NCBI RefSeq assembly: GCF_048593235.1
Contig: NC_133622.1
Location: 59,706,001-59,770,000, forward strand
Direction: 5' to 3'
DNA from: Sminthopsis crassicaudata
Taxonomy: Eukaryota
DNA: 64,000 nt
The notes under the pieces are model-generated. The model had not been told where the DNA came from, ran no database searches, and was given only the letters and a program-made list of their open reading frames with translations. A program made the position numbers and the translations under genes. The first letter of the stretch is position 1, and each line of letters begins with the position of its first letter. This document shows, in pieces, positions 12,190 to 25,517 of the stretch.

Positions 12190-13091
12190 TAAGCACACCT
12201 CATTTTATAGCATTTCATTTTATAGCAGTTTTTTTTTAACTAAATGAAAGTTTGTGACAATACTGCATTCAGCAAGTTCCAGTACCAGTTTTTCTTACAG
12301 TAACAGTTTTTCTTAACCTCAAATTTTATGATTATTATCTATTTGTTATATCTATCATGTGATATTGATATTTTTATATATAGTAATAGATATTGTTATA
12401 TCTATCGTGGTGATCTGTAATCAGTGAGCTTTGATGTATCAGTATAACTGTTTTGGGGTGACATGAACCATGCTCATAACAGATGGAGAACTTAATTGAT
12501 AAATATTGTATAAGTTCTGACTGCTCCCCTGGCCAGCTATTCCTCTGTCCCTCTTCTCAGGACTTCCTATTCTCTGAGATGTAACAATATTGAAAACTAT
12601 TATATAAACTTAGTTGACAAAAGCATGCTAGAATTTGAGAGAATTGACTCCAATTTTTTTTAAACTTCAACTGTGGGTAAAATGATATCAAAGGGTATCA
12701 CATTCTCCAGAGAAATCTTTCATGAAAGGAAGAGTCAATCAATGTGGCAAACTTCATTGTTATCCTATTTTAAGAAATTGCCATAGCCTTCCTAAACTTC
12801 AGAATAACCAGCCTGATCAGTCAGCAGCCAGAAATAAAGAGGCAAAATCCTATGCCAGCAAAAAATATTATCACTCACTGAAAACTCCAATGATGGATAG
12901 GATTTTTTTTTAGCAACAAAGTATTTTAATTAATCTGTGTACATTTTAGATATAATACTATTTTATATTTACTAGATTATTGTATAATGTAAACATAAAT
13001 TTTATAGGCGCTAAGAAACCAAAAAATTTGTGTGACTTGCTTTATTGTGGTGGCCTGGAATCAAACCCTCAATATCACTAGGGTATGCTTA
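12190..13091 (+). mobile_element. Tigger1-like (pogo/Tc1-mariner) internally deleted DNA transposon
   Basis: Left TIR-like taagcacacctcattttatagc follows TA; right end is caatatcactagggtatgctta. Carries decayed transposase C-terminal codons NLVDKSMLEFERIDSNF and IFHERKSQSMWQTSLLSYFKKLP. Confidence 0.9.
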
Positions 13092-14715
13092 CAATATACT
13101 GATGAACTAGATCTATGGGTTATCCATATAACTGCATCTCATTTGGGTTATAAGCTTTTTTCAGACACTGAGGATAATAGATGAAGAAGAGCTCAAAAGA
13201 CCTTAGAAATTTGCTAGGATAATATTGATTTGCTGATAATGACCCAGAAAACTTAGGTAAGTTGGTAAGGGAATAGTAATAAAATAATAGCCACATTTAT
13301 ATATTTCATTTTTGGAGAAAGAGTGGGGATTAGGGGAGGTGAAGTAAATGTGTGAGCTTTTGCTCAGTGCTCCTGACTCCAGAGCTGGTACTCCAATCAT
13401 TGCACTGATTAGCTGTCCATATTTATATAATTCTTTAAGGCTTATGAAATACTGCATTTGTTACCTTCTTTGATCATTACAACACTGTAAAATGGGTGCT
13501 ATTTTTATTCTCATTTCACAGATGAGATTGAAAGAAGTTACATGACTAGTCCAGAATCACAAAGCAAGTACCTGAGACAGGAACTGAACTCTTTCCCTTA
13601 AGTCAAATCTATTAAGTACATAACAATGAGGATTTGAGCAGACATCACTTCAATTCACTGTTCATTCCCTTGTGACAAAATACTTTTCCTATATGTTAAA
13701 GGTTAGACCAATTTTTTTTTTGTTTCAATACAGAAATTGTCCAACAGGTTCTGTCATGTTTAAGATCTTGGTTTGGCTGATGAAGTATAATTAACCAAGA
13801 TCTCTGAAGTACTTTACCATAAATAAGCAGTTATTTGAATCGGATTTTGTACTCCAGATAATGGACATGATAGTGACAAACATACTTGGTAAACATATAC
13901 ATCCTTATTTTATATCTCACCTGGAAATACTAACAATAGTCTATGAATAAGGACAAACAAATAAACCAGAAGGAAAATCTGTGAGACAACTTACTGTCCA
14001 CTATATTTTGATTCAAAATCCTTAGGTGAAATATCATTTGGATAACATCAAAACGAGATGGTTAAGAAAAACTCATTGAAAATGGTACCTTTGTGCAATT
14101 TTGCTTGTAGGAAGTACTCAGAAAAAAATGTTTATGGATTGAAATTCAAGATATGTCTCATCTGTAGTGAATAATATGCAGGACTTGCAGATAGAAAACC
14201 TGAATATAAATACTGATTCTGACATTTAACAGCAGGGTAATCCAGTCAAATCACAATTTCTCTCAGCATGTTTTCTTTTCTGTAAAATGGGGATAATCAT
14301 ATCACATTTCTCATAAGGTTGAGAATCAAATTATACCCACATACACACAACCACATACCCAAAGATATTTCTTTATGAAAAAAAATTAAAGTATTATATA
14401 AATGTTTCTTATCTGTGTGTTTTCTTATTGAAAATTCTTACCTCCCCTCCAAAGAATACAATATAATTGATCTCATTTTGTAGGGAATGGAAATTTGTAA
14501 AAGGAGAACAAGGTGAGGATAATAAAAAATAAAATTGAGGGTGAGATGCAATAGGAAACCCTGAGTTTTTGACTACTTAATCTCTGGTTGAATGACATGG
14601 AATTTTGCTAGGGATCTTTGACATAAATATTCCTGATTGGACTAGGTCATGCCTTTATCCAATCAGATAATCAATCAATGAATAAACTCTTATTATGGGC
14701 CTACTATGTGCCAGG

Positions 14716-14969
14716 TGAGCAGTTAGTAACACAGCTGATAAAACTGTGAACCTGAGCAGGAAGGCTCATCTTCATAAGTTCAAATCTGATCTCAGACACA
14801 TTAGCTATGTGATCCTGGACAAATCATTTAGTTCTGTTTACCTCAATTCTAAATCTGTAAAATAAGCAGGAGTAAGAAATGGCAAACTACTCCAATATCT
14901 TTGCCAAGAAAATCTCAAAGGGAATCACAAAGAGTTGAGCATGACTGAAATGACTGAGCAATAACAAAA
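14716..14969 (+). mobile_element. MAR1-type CORE-SINE, full length, inserted in a reverse L2 3' end
   Basis: Head, core and tail (aaatggcaaactactccaatatctttgccaagaaaa...atgactgaaatgactgagcaataacaaaa). TSD atgtgccagg at 14706-14715 / atgttccagg at 14970-14979. Confidence 0.85.
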
Positions 14970-17359
14970 ATGTTCCAGGCATCATATTAAGCTGCATCTT
15001 GATGATTTAGCTTTTAGATTACTCCATCCTATCAGGTTCAAGAGGTATTGATCTTCATACAACAGTCATATTCTTTCCCCATAGAATTACAAAAAGGTGC
15101 TCAAGATTGGATACTCTAAAATTATTGAACTAAAACTATATATATTTATGTGATTTTTATCTTTCTTTTAGAAAATATCTCCCAATAAATAATTTATTTT
15201 ACTAATGACAAATTTTCTTAAATAGAATTGTCATACTTTTAATTTCTTTTTCTTTACTTGTTTGTTTTTGCTTTTTTTTTGGGGGGGAAGGGGGTTTCCC
15301 CTCCTCTGGAAATAATTTATGTAGTGGGAAGAGTGCTATACTTAGCATAAGGGAGACCTATATTTTAAATCCCTTCTCTCACACTTATTAGATGTATAAC
15401 TTTGAATAAATAATTTAACTATTAACAGCCATTTTCCTCTGATTAATCTTAGTCATATATGGGTTGTGATATTTGTTGTCTAGTTTAAAAAATAGGGAAA
15501 TTATAGTTTTGTTGTGTCTTCCTTTATACCATATCTGATATTGAGGACAATAACTAAAAGTAAAACATACATATTTTCAAAATAGAAACTATTTGCCATG
15601 CTTGACCACATGCTTTCTCATGAAGGTATTAACAAGATTTTGCTAAATATTGGCATATTTCTTGTTGGTATTAAGATTTATTTGTCCATGATGTGAATAT
15701 TGATCTTCAACTTAGCCTTAGTCACTATTTTTACCTGAGTCAATAAATCTTGATATTGACCTTAATAGTAATCACTTCTTTACTCATATTTTTAAAGTAA
15801 TAAATCACAGTTACATAGTATTCTTCTGTCAGTGTTTTCTAATTTCCTAGCACCTCTTCATGTCAATAATTTCTTATTTATCAAGGGGGTACACTGTTTA
15901 TTTGGTTAATTCATTTATGCCACACCACATTTCCAATTACTCTAAGATTTCTAAGTTAATCATTTAAATTTTTTTCATGCCTTAAAGGGAATGTTAAATA
16001 AAAAGTGACCAGAGGCTCACTCCCTCCTGAATTTTAAATTCTCAGACTCATAAAAACTATTGATATACATTTCAATTTGTAAATGCAAAATTTACATAAA
16101 TAAATGGTTATATTTTCCACCCAGGGAGAGATCTTTTAAAATTATGAGTTTTGAAATATTCAGTAATTTAATTTATCAATTTAAATTCAGGCATAAAAAT
16201 TAGTTGTGGGCATGTCAAGATCAAGGAAATCTTTTTTTGTTTGTTTGTTTGTTTCAGCATTGTTATGTACAGGATTCTGCAACTTTATAAAATATTATGA
16301 CAATGGTTGTTTTGTTTTATTTTACTTTGTGAAGCCACAGCTAGATAAAATTAGTACACATCTATATCTATTTCTTTCTATGTATAGAGAGATCGATGTA
16401 GATATAAACTGCAAAGAGACTGTGAGTTGGCACTCTCCTCCTAATTCATTGTTATGTACTAATTAGTGCTAAGCACTGATTTAAGGCTTGAAATTCTTCC
16501 TTTGAAGATTTTTTCAAAATTGTATTCAAAGGAAAGGCATTTCTTTAATAAAAACTGTTTAATTCTTGGTTGACTTGGGAAACACAGATCCGTTGCATTA
16601 AGCTGTTGAAATCCAAGAGCAGATTGCTAATAAAGGTGCTAATTATTAACAGTCTAGCATTGACAGAACATGGCATCCTTCCCCAGGCAAAAATGAAAGA
16701 TGAGTTCACAAAATACTTCTTCTACAATTGTAGCAAGGACTTAGCCAAAATTCAATAAAGTTCATGATGTCTATAAATGCAAATATTGAAACTTTTCCCC
16801 CTTGTAATGCATTAGATATTTTCTGAAATGGAATATTGAAAGAAGGGCTTAAACAGTGTTCTCACATTGTTTATTGTATTACAAAATCATAGACAAATAA
16901 AGGGAGGGGAAGATTTCCTATTCAGAATCATTGATTATACTTTAGTGAATAAAAGACCTAGAAATATTAAATGTAAATGACACATGAATTACAAGGATTG
17001 ACATTAGACAACCTATGCAATTCAAATAATATTCTACTTTAAAATAAAATTCTGTGAAGTGAGCTATAACTGAATGCTTAGAAACAACTAGGTAAATGTG
17101 ATCAAATTTTCCTTTTAGAGACTACAGATGCTTTAAACAAATTTTAAAATATATTATAAACAACTTTACATACAAATATTTATATATAAGCATATGCATG
17201 TATATATGTATATGTATACATTCCGATTCTAACAGCACAAAAACAAACATTTCTTGCTTTATGCTCAAATCTGCTCTTTTTACTTTTTGCTCTTAATCTT
17301 GGTAAGAAAGAATTCAGATAAGTTTCTTTTTCCTAAATGGAAGCTAATGTCTTGTCATA

Positions 17360-17436
17360 AAGGGTGTCCCAAAAGTCTCAGTGTGCTTTCAAGATTAATA
17401 GCTCAAAATTTCACTAAAACTTATTGGAACACCTTG
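17360..17436. mobile_element. Short palindromic mariner-type MITE (about 77 bp)
   Basis: TA then agggtgtcccaaaagtctcagtg...cactaaaacttattggaacaccttg. The arms are imperfect reverse complements. Confidence 0.7.
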
Positions 17437-18049
17437 AATATAGAGCTCTAGCTAGAGTAAAAAATTGCATTAATAAAACTGCCTTTTTTGTACTCATTTT
17501 TCTGGATTTTAAACATGATTTGAAGTGTATTGAAATTGAATTAAAGAAGAGATAAAGGGGGGATGAGAGTAATATGCAACTTTAAATTAAGAGATCTAAA
17601 TAAAAAAAAATTGAACAAAAACAGAGTAAAAAAATAAAATTAAATTTAAAATAGTTCATGTTTTGTGACAGAGATAATATCTGAGACTTCAGAAGGTGAT
17701 TTATTTTTGGTGGCTTTGTCAGAGAGCCTTCTCCCTACCGCTTATCTATTCTGTATATGCAGAGAGAAGACAACTGGGAAACAGCACCCTTACTAAAGAG
17801 ATTGGAAATGGATGATAATCCAGAAAAGGAGACTGAGAAAGAATAGTTAAGAAAAAAATCACTGGATTGGAAATATCATTAGAAATGAGTAATCAACTAA
17901 AGAATCAAATATGACAAGTGAATGAATTGTCATTAATTATGTCTTGACCATCAAACAAAAGAGGACAGTTAATGAATGACTCTCAATTCTAGATATTAAT
18001 GTCTAATTTATTTTACCACTTTGACAATGTGATTAAATAGATTTTGTTT

Positions 18050-18268
18050 TTGTTATTATTTAGGTATTTTCTTTATGATCCTATTTATATTTCAAAAATA
18101 AAGTAGTGGTTTGTCATTTCCTTCTTTAACTCATTTAATCAATGAGGAAACTGATGTAAACAGTGTTGTCACAATCTCATAAGTGTTTGAAGCCAGATTT
18201 AAACTCATCAAGATAAATCTCTCCAATTCCTAGGCCTGAACTCTCTCCACTGTTCCACCTTGTGCCCA
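18050..18268 (-). mobile_element. MAR1-type SINE
   Basis: aagtagtggtttgtcatttccttctttaactcattt...atgaggaaactga...gccagatttaaactc...ctctctccactgttccaccttgtgccc. Confidence 0.7.
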
Positions 18269-18584
18269 ACGTGGGTAGCAACCTTATAGAAAAAAAATTA
18301 TCTAAATAATGTGACAGATGAACTTCCAGTATGAGCAGCTCCTAAATTTTTGAATGTGACCAATCCTCCAATGCTGAGGTCAAAACATGATTCCATTGAG
18401 AGATGATGAAGTATATAGAGAAAGAACAGAGCAAACTTCTCAAATAGAGACTTGCTAGAGATCCATGGATTCTTGGATAAATTCATTAATCTTGTTGGAA
18501 CTCAGTTTTCTTCTCTATAAGGTGAGTACAATAAATACACTGACTTCTCTGACTGTCTCACAAGCTTGTTGAAAGAAATAAATG

Positions 18585-18960
18585 AGTAATGGTCAACTGT
18601 GATGGACTTGGCTCTTCTCAACAGTGCAATGATTTAAGGCCATTCCAATAAGCTTGGGATGGAAAATGCCAATCACACCCAGAAAGAGAGCTATGGAACC
18701 TGAATATTTATCAAAACAATTATTTTCATATTTTATTTGGTTTTTTTTCTTTTGGTCTGATTTTTCTTGTACAATATGAGAAATATGGAAATATACTTAA
18801 AAACATAGTACATACCTTACCTATATTAGATTGGATCTTTGAGAAGGGAGGTAAGGAAAGGGTAGGAAAAATGGAATACAATGTTGTACAAAAGTGAATG
18901 TTGAAAATTATCTTTACCTATATTTGGAAAATAAATTACTATTAAGGATAAAAAAAGAAA
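18585..18960 (+). mobile_element. L1 3' UTR fragment, 5'-truncated
   Basis: tcaactgtgatggacttggctcttctcaacagtgcaatgatttaaggccattccaat...ggaaaatgccaatcacacccagaaagagag, ending in an A-rich tail. Confidence 0.85.
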
Positions 18961-19629
18961 GGTACAAGTCAATTAATGTATGTAGAAGTCTTTAAACTTT
19001 TATGATATGTACATTATAGAAATACAAATGATGATCAAGAAATGTGATATTGCAAAGTAATAGAGCTTAAATTGGAGAAACAGAATAGGACTATAAAGAC
19101 TTTTTCATTTCAAGATAAGGAATTTATCCCATGTCTTATAGACAACTTAGAGTAATTGACATTTTATATTTTATTTTGTTTTTCAAATTTGGGGATGACC
19201 TTTGTATTACAAGACTAAATTTCTTTCCCTGATCCTTTAATGCCAGTACATTGGGTGGATGAATCAAAAGGACCGAAATTAGAAGCCATTATTTTCACCA
19301 TTATAGTTTTCATCATCATGTATTGTCTTTAATTGTAACAATTTTACTTGAACACTTTGAAATGAATAAAACTTTTGAAGGCTTGAAAGCAAATCTTCAC
19401 AATCTGGAATATAATTTTTTAAAAACCTGCTAAAAGTTGGGGGGAAAAGGTCCCACAAAGTTATTTGACATCACTTATTTAATTTAATTCCCTTTCTTTC
19501 TACTCTGCTATTTCATTGTTTCATACTTGGGAATGTTCATTTATCATATGAAACAATTACACTCTATGGTTTTCAAGAAAGCAAGAGCCACTCCACTTAC
19601 CTTCAAGTTTTATTCTAGAAGACAGTTTT

Positions 19630-19745
19630 TTCCTCTCTTTTTGTCTTCTCCTCTTCTCCCTCCCTCCCTTCCTTCCTTCCTCCCTCCCTTCCTTCCTTCT
19701 CCTTTTCTTCCTCCCTTTCTTCCTTTCTTCCTTCCTTCCTTCCTT
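19630..19745. repeat. (CCTT)n/(CCCT)n pyrimidine tract
   Basis: Direct reading. Confidence 0.9.
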
Positions 19746-20339
19746 CTGTACCCAATCTTTTAGCTAGAATATAGTAGGTATGCACATATTTTTTTAGAAC
19801 TCGATATAGCAAACATACTCCTTGAATAGAGTCAGTTCAGATCAATCTTAGAGTTTATTGGTACAAGGGTGAGAAAGAGAGATCTATTTGCAGAGACCCC
19901 CTGAGATCCTTTGAAGTTGGACTTGTTCAGTGTTAACTGCATTCTCCTTGTTAAAACTGAAGGACAAAGGGTCACAGAGATTGAACTCAATTGAATAAAA
20001 ATTAAACTGACTTTAGGTTCAGCTAACATAATGTGGCATGGAGTTGGCATTTAATTCCCCTTTGTTTACAAATACTAGACAATATGGAGCTTTTGAAGTC
20101 TCATGAGGTACTCCTTTTAGAGAAAACATATAAAAAGTAAGCTCTCTTTAAACCTTTACTGTGTTTAGAGCTTGAAAAACAGAATATTTTAACCCATATA
20201 TCCTTATGCAAAACATTTTTTGAAAAAGACATTTGATGCATTTTATAAAATAATAATTATTTTTAAGATGACAGAAAATTTAAAGTTATAATATAGACTT
20301 TATTTTATTCCTTTTTAGATCTATGATTTCATGAAAAAG

Positions 20340-20540
20340 ATGGCACAGGGAATAGGGCACTGGGCTTGGAGTTGGCAAGATTTGCTTTCATATCCTCCCT
20401 AAACACTAGATATATTTCACTAGATGTGTCTGATTGCCTCTCCCCCCCCTATGCCTCAGTTTCCTGATCTGTAAAATAGAAGGACTTAGACCTCAATAGC
20501 CACTGAGACTCCTTCTAGCTTTAACTTTATTCTCCTATGA
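20340..20540 (+). mobile_element. MIR-type SINE
   Basis: atggcacagggaatagggcactgggcttggagttggcaaga...tgcctcagtttcctgatctgtaaaatagaaggacttagac. Confidence 0.65.
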
Positions 20541-20589
20541 TTAGTGAAATCACTCCTTCCATTGATACAGATCATAAATAACTCCTCCA

Positions 20590-20990
20590 AAACTTTAACA
20601 ATCTTCCTGAATGTCTGTGGCTCAATAATTCTGAAATATTTCACATTACTGCCTCCTGTGGATGTTATATTCTAACTAAATATACTTGTTATATTCTAAC
20701 TAAATGTGCCTACTTGCTGTCACTTAGTCATCACTTCTCATCTCCCAAATCCCTGCCTTTGAATAAGGTTTTCCTTTTGTTCTGGAATGCTTATTTCTCA
20801 GTCCAGCCATTTAACATGAAGAACTTTCATCTTGAGTGATATTACATGAAACTTTCCTGAATATTCTCATTTGTTAGTATGACTTCATTGAAATTAGCTT
20901 TTTTATGATTTTGTAATCACTTATTAGTGTACATACTGCTTCCCTCCAGCAGATCATAAACTCTTTGAGATGTTTTTTGAAAAAAGTTGT
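20590..20990 (+). mobile_element. L2 3' fragment with a 24-bp tandem duplication
   Basis: L2-like ccctgcctttgaataagg...ctggaatgc...gatcataaactctttgag. Duplicated tgttatattctaactaaat at 20663 and 20687. Confidence 0.6.
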
Positions 20991-20999
20991 AAAGAAAAT

Positions 21000-21460
21000 T
21001 AGCTTTAAGAGGTCTTAGATTCAAATTCCACTTCTGGCAGCTTACCTTGTGTGAGTTGGGCAAGTAAGTTTATTTCCCCAGGATTGAGTTTTCTCATCTG
21101 TAAAGTGTAGAGTATTTGAATTAGGTAATATCTGAGGTGATTACCTGCTCCAAATGCCTTTTTCTCTAGTCCTTTGGTCTCTTGATATACTTGCACAATA
21201 TCTTAGATATTATACATATATTGATACATATAGCTAGCTCACTCCACAGACAGAGCTCTGGGCCCAGAGACAGGAATACCTTACTTGAAATCCAGACTCA
21301 GACACTTATAGTTTATGTAATCCCAGGCAAATTACTTAACCCCTCAAGGTCAGTTTCTTCATCTGCAAAATGGGGATAATAATAAAACTTATCTTGCAGG
21401 GATTTCATGAGTATAAAATTAAATATTTGTAAAGTGCTTTGTGAACCAGAAAACATGATA
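21000..21460. mobile_element. Two MIR-type SINE fragments in opposite orientations (about 21000-21175 and 21240-21460)
   Basis: Core motifs gattgagttttctcatctgtaaag and cagtttcttcatctgcaaaatggggataataataa; tail tgtaaagtgctttgtgaacc. Confidence 0.55.
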
Positions 21461-21469
21461 TATAAATTC

Positions 21470-21552
21470 TTCTTCCCCTTCTTTTTTCTTTCTTTTCTTC
21501 TTCTTTTTCTTCTTCTTTTATTCTTCCTCCTCTTCCTCCTCCTCCTCCTCTT
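21470..21552. repeat. (TTC)/(TCC)n tract
   Basis: Direct reading. It explains the Lys/Arg/Glu-rich pseudo-ORFs at 21313-21601. Confidence 0.9.
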
Positions 21553-22399
21553 TGTTTTCTGCCACATACCTTTGAAGGACTATATTGTAGCATTAATATA
21601 ATTATTAGTGGTGATCATTTGGAAATCACAATCAGATTTCTTTGTAGGAAAAATAAAATGAACATTTATATGACCAGTCAATGAAAAAGGGGAGGGAGGG
21701 ATTGATAGGGACTATGACATGAGGAGTACTTCATAAAAATAAGAAAAGCTAGTCCTATTCCTTCCTCTGACAACTGTTCAGGTGAATTCATTACTACTGT
21801 CAATGAAAGGTCAAAGTGCACCACTAATGTCTTAAACTCTTCCAACAAGACCTCAGACATAGTATTTGTTCGAAGCAGGTGTTGACCTCAGAACTTTTAG
21901 GCTTTGAGAGCAGATCTCTATATGATGCTGTCCTGCCTCAATGATGAGAGCTCATGAGATGAAGGTTGTCAAAAAATCTGGACTATTCTGACAAAGACCT
22001 GATTTATGAGTTTGGGACTGACCCTGATTGTAGAAAAGAAATATTTAATTTTAAGTGAGTTGCTACTTGACCATATGAGTTCACATAGAAAGATAATATT
22101 TTTATCTTTAGTTCTTCATAATGGGATGTTTTATTTTATTTTAATATAAATCCCATTTCCTTTGAGGCTTTATATGAATCTGCTTTCCTTGACCTTCAAA
22201 TCTTTAGATCAAGTGGATTGTAAGAGCTGAAGCTCTGCCCTGTTTAACGTTTGATTTTATTTATGTGGCCCAAATATAATGTATTAGAAGGAGAAACTAT
22301 TTTCACTCCTTATTTAGCTTTAAGGCATTTCAGAAAGGTCAGTTCATTGGGTATTAGAAATAAAAGGGAATAATATGTGAAAAGTCAGCATTAATGTGT

Positions 22400-22660
22400 A
22401 CAGATGAGATTAGCAAAATCTTAAGGGATAGAATATTGGACCTTGAATCAGAAGAATCTATGTTTGAATCTCATTAATTACAATAATTAGCAATTGGATC
22501 ATAGTTTTTACAAATAAATATTTTTAACTTCAGTTTCTACCTCTCTAAAATTAGGAGCAAGAATAGCTTTTATTTCAGAAGGTCTGTGAATATATAATGA
22601 GATGGCATACATAAGTATGTTTGTAAACTTTTAACTATTATATAAGATAATTTATTATCA
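22400..22660 (+). mobile_element. MIR-type SINE
   Basis: gggatagaatattggaccttgaatcagaaga...aacttcagtttctacctctctaaaattagg...tttgtaaacttttaactattatataag. Confidence 0.6.
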
Positions 22661-24950
22661 TTAAAATACATCATTCTTCTAAGTGCTTCCTTTTAAAAAT
22701 TTTATCCTTTTTTTCTAAACAATTCTCAAGGTTATCATCATCCAAAAGCAATTAATACCTAAATGAACATCTTAATATGTAATAAATATATTCCAAGCCT
22801 TCCTCTTTGGAATTTATTACCAAAGCTTAGTAATAATAGAGCCAATAGAATAGGATGTAGTAATTTGATTCAATTCAACATTTATGTGACATTTACTATG
22901 AACAATGCAATGTGAGGAAGAAAATTATTAAAGTCAGTTTTCTTCCCATCACTCTTTAAATCTGAGGGAGTTTTAGACCATAACTAAGGTCTGATCAGAA
23001 AGACTTTTGACCCTCACTTTGGGAGGGATTGTATTAGTAGAGGCAGATGTAAAAGTATACAAGGAAGATGGATAGTTAAGAGATTTAAGAGACCAAACAT
23101 TGTCAAACCCAGGCCTTTATGCTGAACTTTGTTATCATGTATTAAGCACTGAGTAATCTATATGGCACCATGGGCACTCCCCATTGACAGCACGGAGTCC
23201 TGGGGAGACTTTTGTGAAAACTTTCACCTGTACTTTCTAGAACCCACTCTACTGTTGAACCCACCCCTTTATTATATTACTTTATTTTTTTAATGAATTA
23301 TTGCACTGAGGGGAAGTAAGTTTCACTATTCTTGACATCTCTCTCCTTTCTAGGAAAGATAGCAGCTGCTTTTAGAACTACTATCATTATAAATGGAATT
23401 GTTTTAAATGTTTTCTCAGGATGTGTATGACAATGTATTAAAATCCAGACATTTATTTCAATCTGAGCTATTTTTTCTTACTCAAATCGTTGTAGTGAGA
23501 TTAGGTACAGAGAGAAGGCACAAAAAAGATAAATAATTTAAAATATTATTTTATTTAATATCATTATACTAATACCATTATAAAATAGTACATATTAATA
23601 CTATATAACATTATTAATGATATAACATAATTATTATAACATATATATAATTTATATATTTACATAGCATATAAATCATTAATAATGGCTAATTATTAAT
23701 AAAATAATAAATCATTATTATATTATTGTTAAATATTCACATTTTATAAACTCAATTTGGATTTTGTTGAGGCAAAATGACAAGGGGTTCATGATGAATA
23801 TTTAATTGATACTGAAATGCATTAGAGGGAAAAAGAGAAACAGTATAGAACCCAATTTCTCCTGAGACATGAAGAGGTAAACAATACCTTAGGACAAACA
23901 AATCCAGGGCCATTTCCTTTAATTTTATTTTCTTCTGGCACCAAAAAAAAAAATCAAAAACTCATCTCTGACAAAGGAGTGAAGTGAATGAATTCATACC
24001 TGAATGAAGGCAAAAAGAAAAATTAAATAATCCCTCTTAGTTTTCAGTCTACCCTCCACTTCTGTCATCATTCCTTGCACTGTATATATGATATGTAATT
24101 ATATTATATAATAGTTTTATAATAATCTATTCCTCAAGGTAGATATTCCACCTCCCAATTTAAGGCATTTTCACTGATCATGCTTTAATGCAAAGATTTT
24201 TATTTCTATTCTTCTCTGTTTCCTGGCTTTCTTTAAATCCTAGTCAAAATCATACTTTCTACAACAAATATTTCCTGATCCATCTTACTGCCAGTACTTT
24301 CCTTCTGTTGATCATATCTAATTTGTTTTATTTTCCATATATTCTTTTGCCTCTTATATATAAAGTAATTATATGCTATATAATTCAAGACTGGGAATAT
24401 GGATGAAGCATAAATAAATGACTGTTAGAAATCAGAATATTGTGACACCTTCAGCTTGGAAGGAGGGGATACATAGAGACCAGAAGTGGTACTAATTTAA
24501 ACTCTGGGAATATACTTGGGAAATCAGGAAACTGTTACAATCAAGTTTCAAGTCAATGAATCAAAGCAGGAAAAATTAAAGATGGATTAGATATTCTGAT
24601 AAGCATGCAATGTTTAGCAACATATTCATTGCCTCAACCCAGGGCACTCAAAGTGAGGCATTCCAAGACCATCACAACGCATTCAATTTCCAGCATTTTA
24701 AGCATTTGAATATAAGCATATTTTATCATATAAAATATAAGTAACTATCCCCCCATTTCTTTCCAATAATCAGGCTTGGACTCTCTTTTTTAGTTTCTCC
24801 TCAGATTCAATTTGTTTATAAACTATATAATAGAAATGGATCATTTTATTTTGGGATTACGCCTAGAAATTATAACTGTTGTATTAAATCATAAGATTAT
24901 AAACTTCTTGAGATAAGGATCTGTTTTATTTGATTTTTCTACAGAATCAC

Positions 24951-25517
24951 TGTGATGGAGTGCAGCTTCTAGGGGAAATATCAGTAACTCTGGGGTCCCC
25001 TGGCCTTGGGAATGTTTTAATAATATAATTATATATTTCTTCCTGTAGATTTTAGGGAAGATATAGCAGTAATCCTGAGCCCTCCTGATTTTAGGAATGC
25101 TATTTTTCTAACAACCTTTTTGTCAATAATCCTAAAGTCTCCTGGCTTTAGTAATATGATAGTATAACTTTACAAACATTGCTGATTGGTAGGTAAATAA
25201 TCTGTTGCTCAGTGATAGCAAAGTTCCTGAGACAATAGTAAATCGACTAACCTTGAAACCTATCTAGAAACCATAAAATTAGCAAATCAGGAGCATAAAG
25301 CTCTTGATCTTTCAAACTTTTTCCTATAAATTTATCTTCTTGCTCTAAGTGCTTAGCTAAATTCTTTTGGAACTTAGCCTGCTTCAATTGGCATTACAAT
25401 TATAATAAACTTTGCCCCTTGACTTGGAGATGGGTTTGAGCCTGCAAATTATTTTGAGATACCTCAGATATCAGTCTGAAACCCCAAAGTTTTGGGGGTC
25501 TACTTTGAACCTCAACA
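24951..25517 (+). mobile_element. Solitary LTR (ERV-derived) inside an L2 3' end
   Basis: Starts tgtgatgg and ends ctcaaca. TATA-like ctataaat near 25324 and AATAAA near 25404. No matching TSD found. Confidence 0.65.

Noticed and set aside
13860-14030. Minus-strand GT-AG pair suggesting a 77-nt intron between small exons
   Set aside because: The spliced product hits a stop immediately, and such signals are expected by chance in 64 kb
19228-19312. Possible terminal exon encoding a TM tail (HWVDESKGPKLEAIIFTIIVFIIMYCL*)
   Set aside because: Hydrophobic codons are expected in T-rich DNA; there are no upstream exons or recognisable homologue
21935-22025. Possible C/D-box snoRNA (ATGATGA ... CTGA)
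   Set aside because: No terminal stem adjacent to the boxes and no recognisable rRNA/snRNA guide sequence
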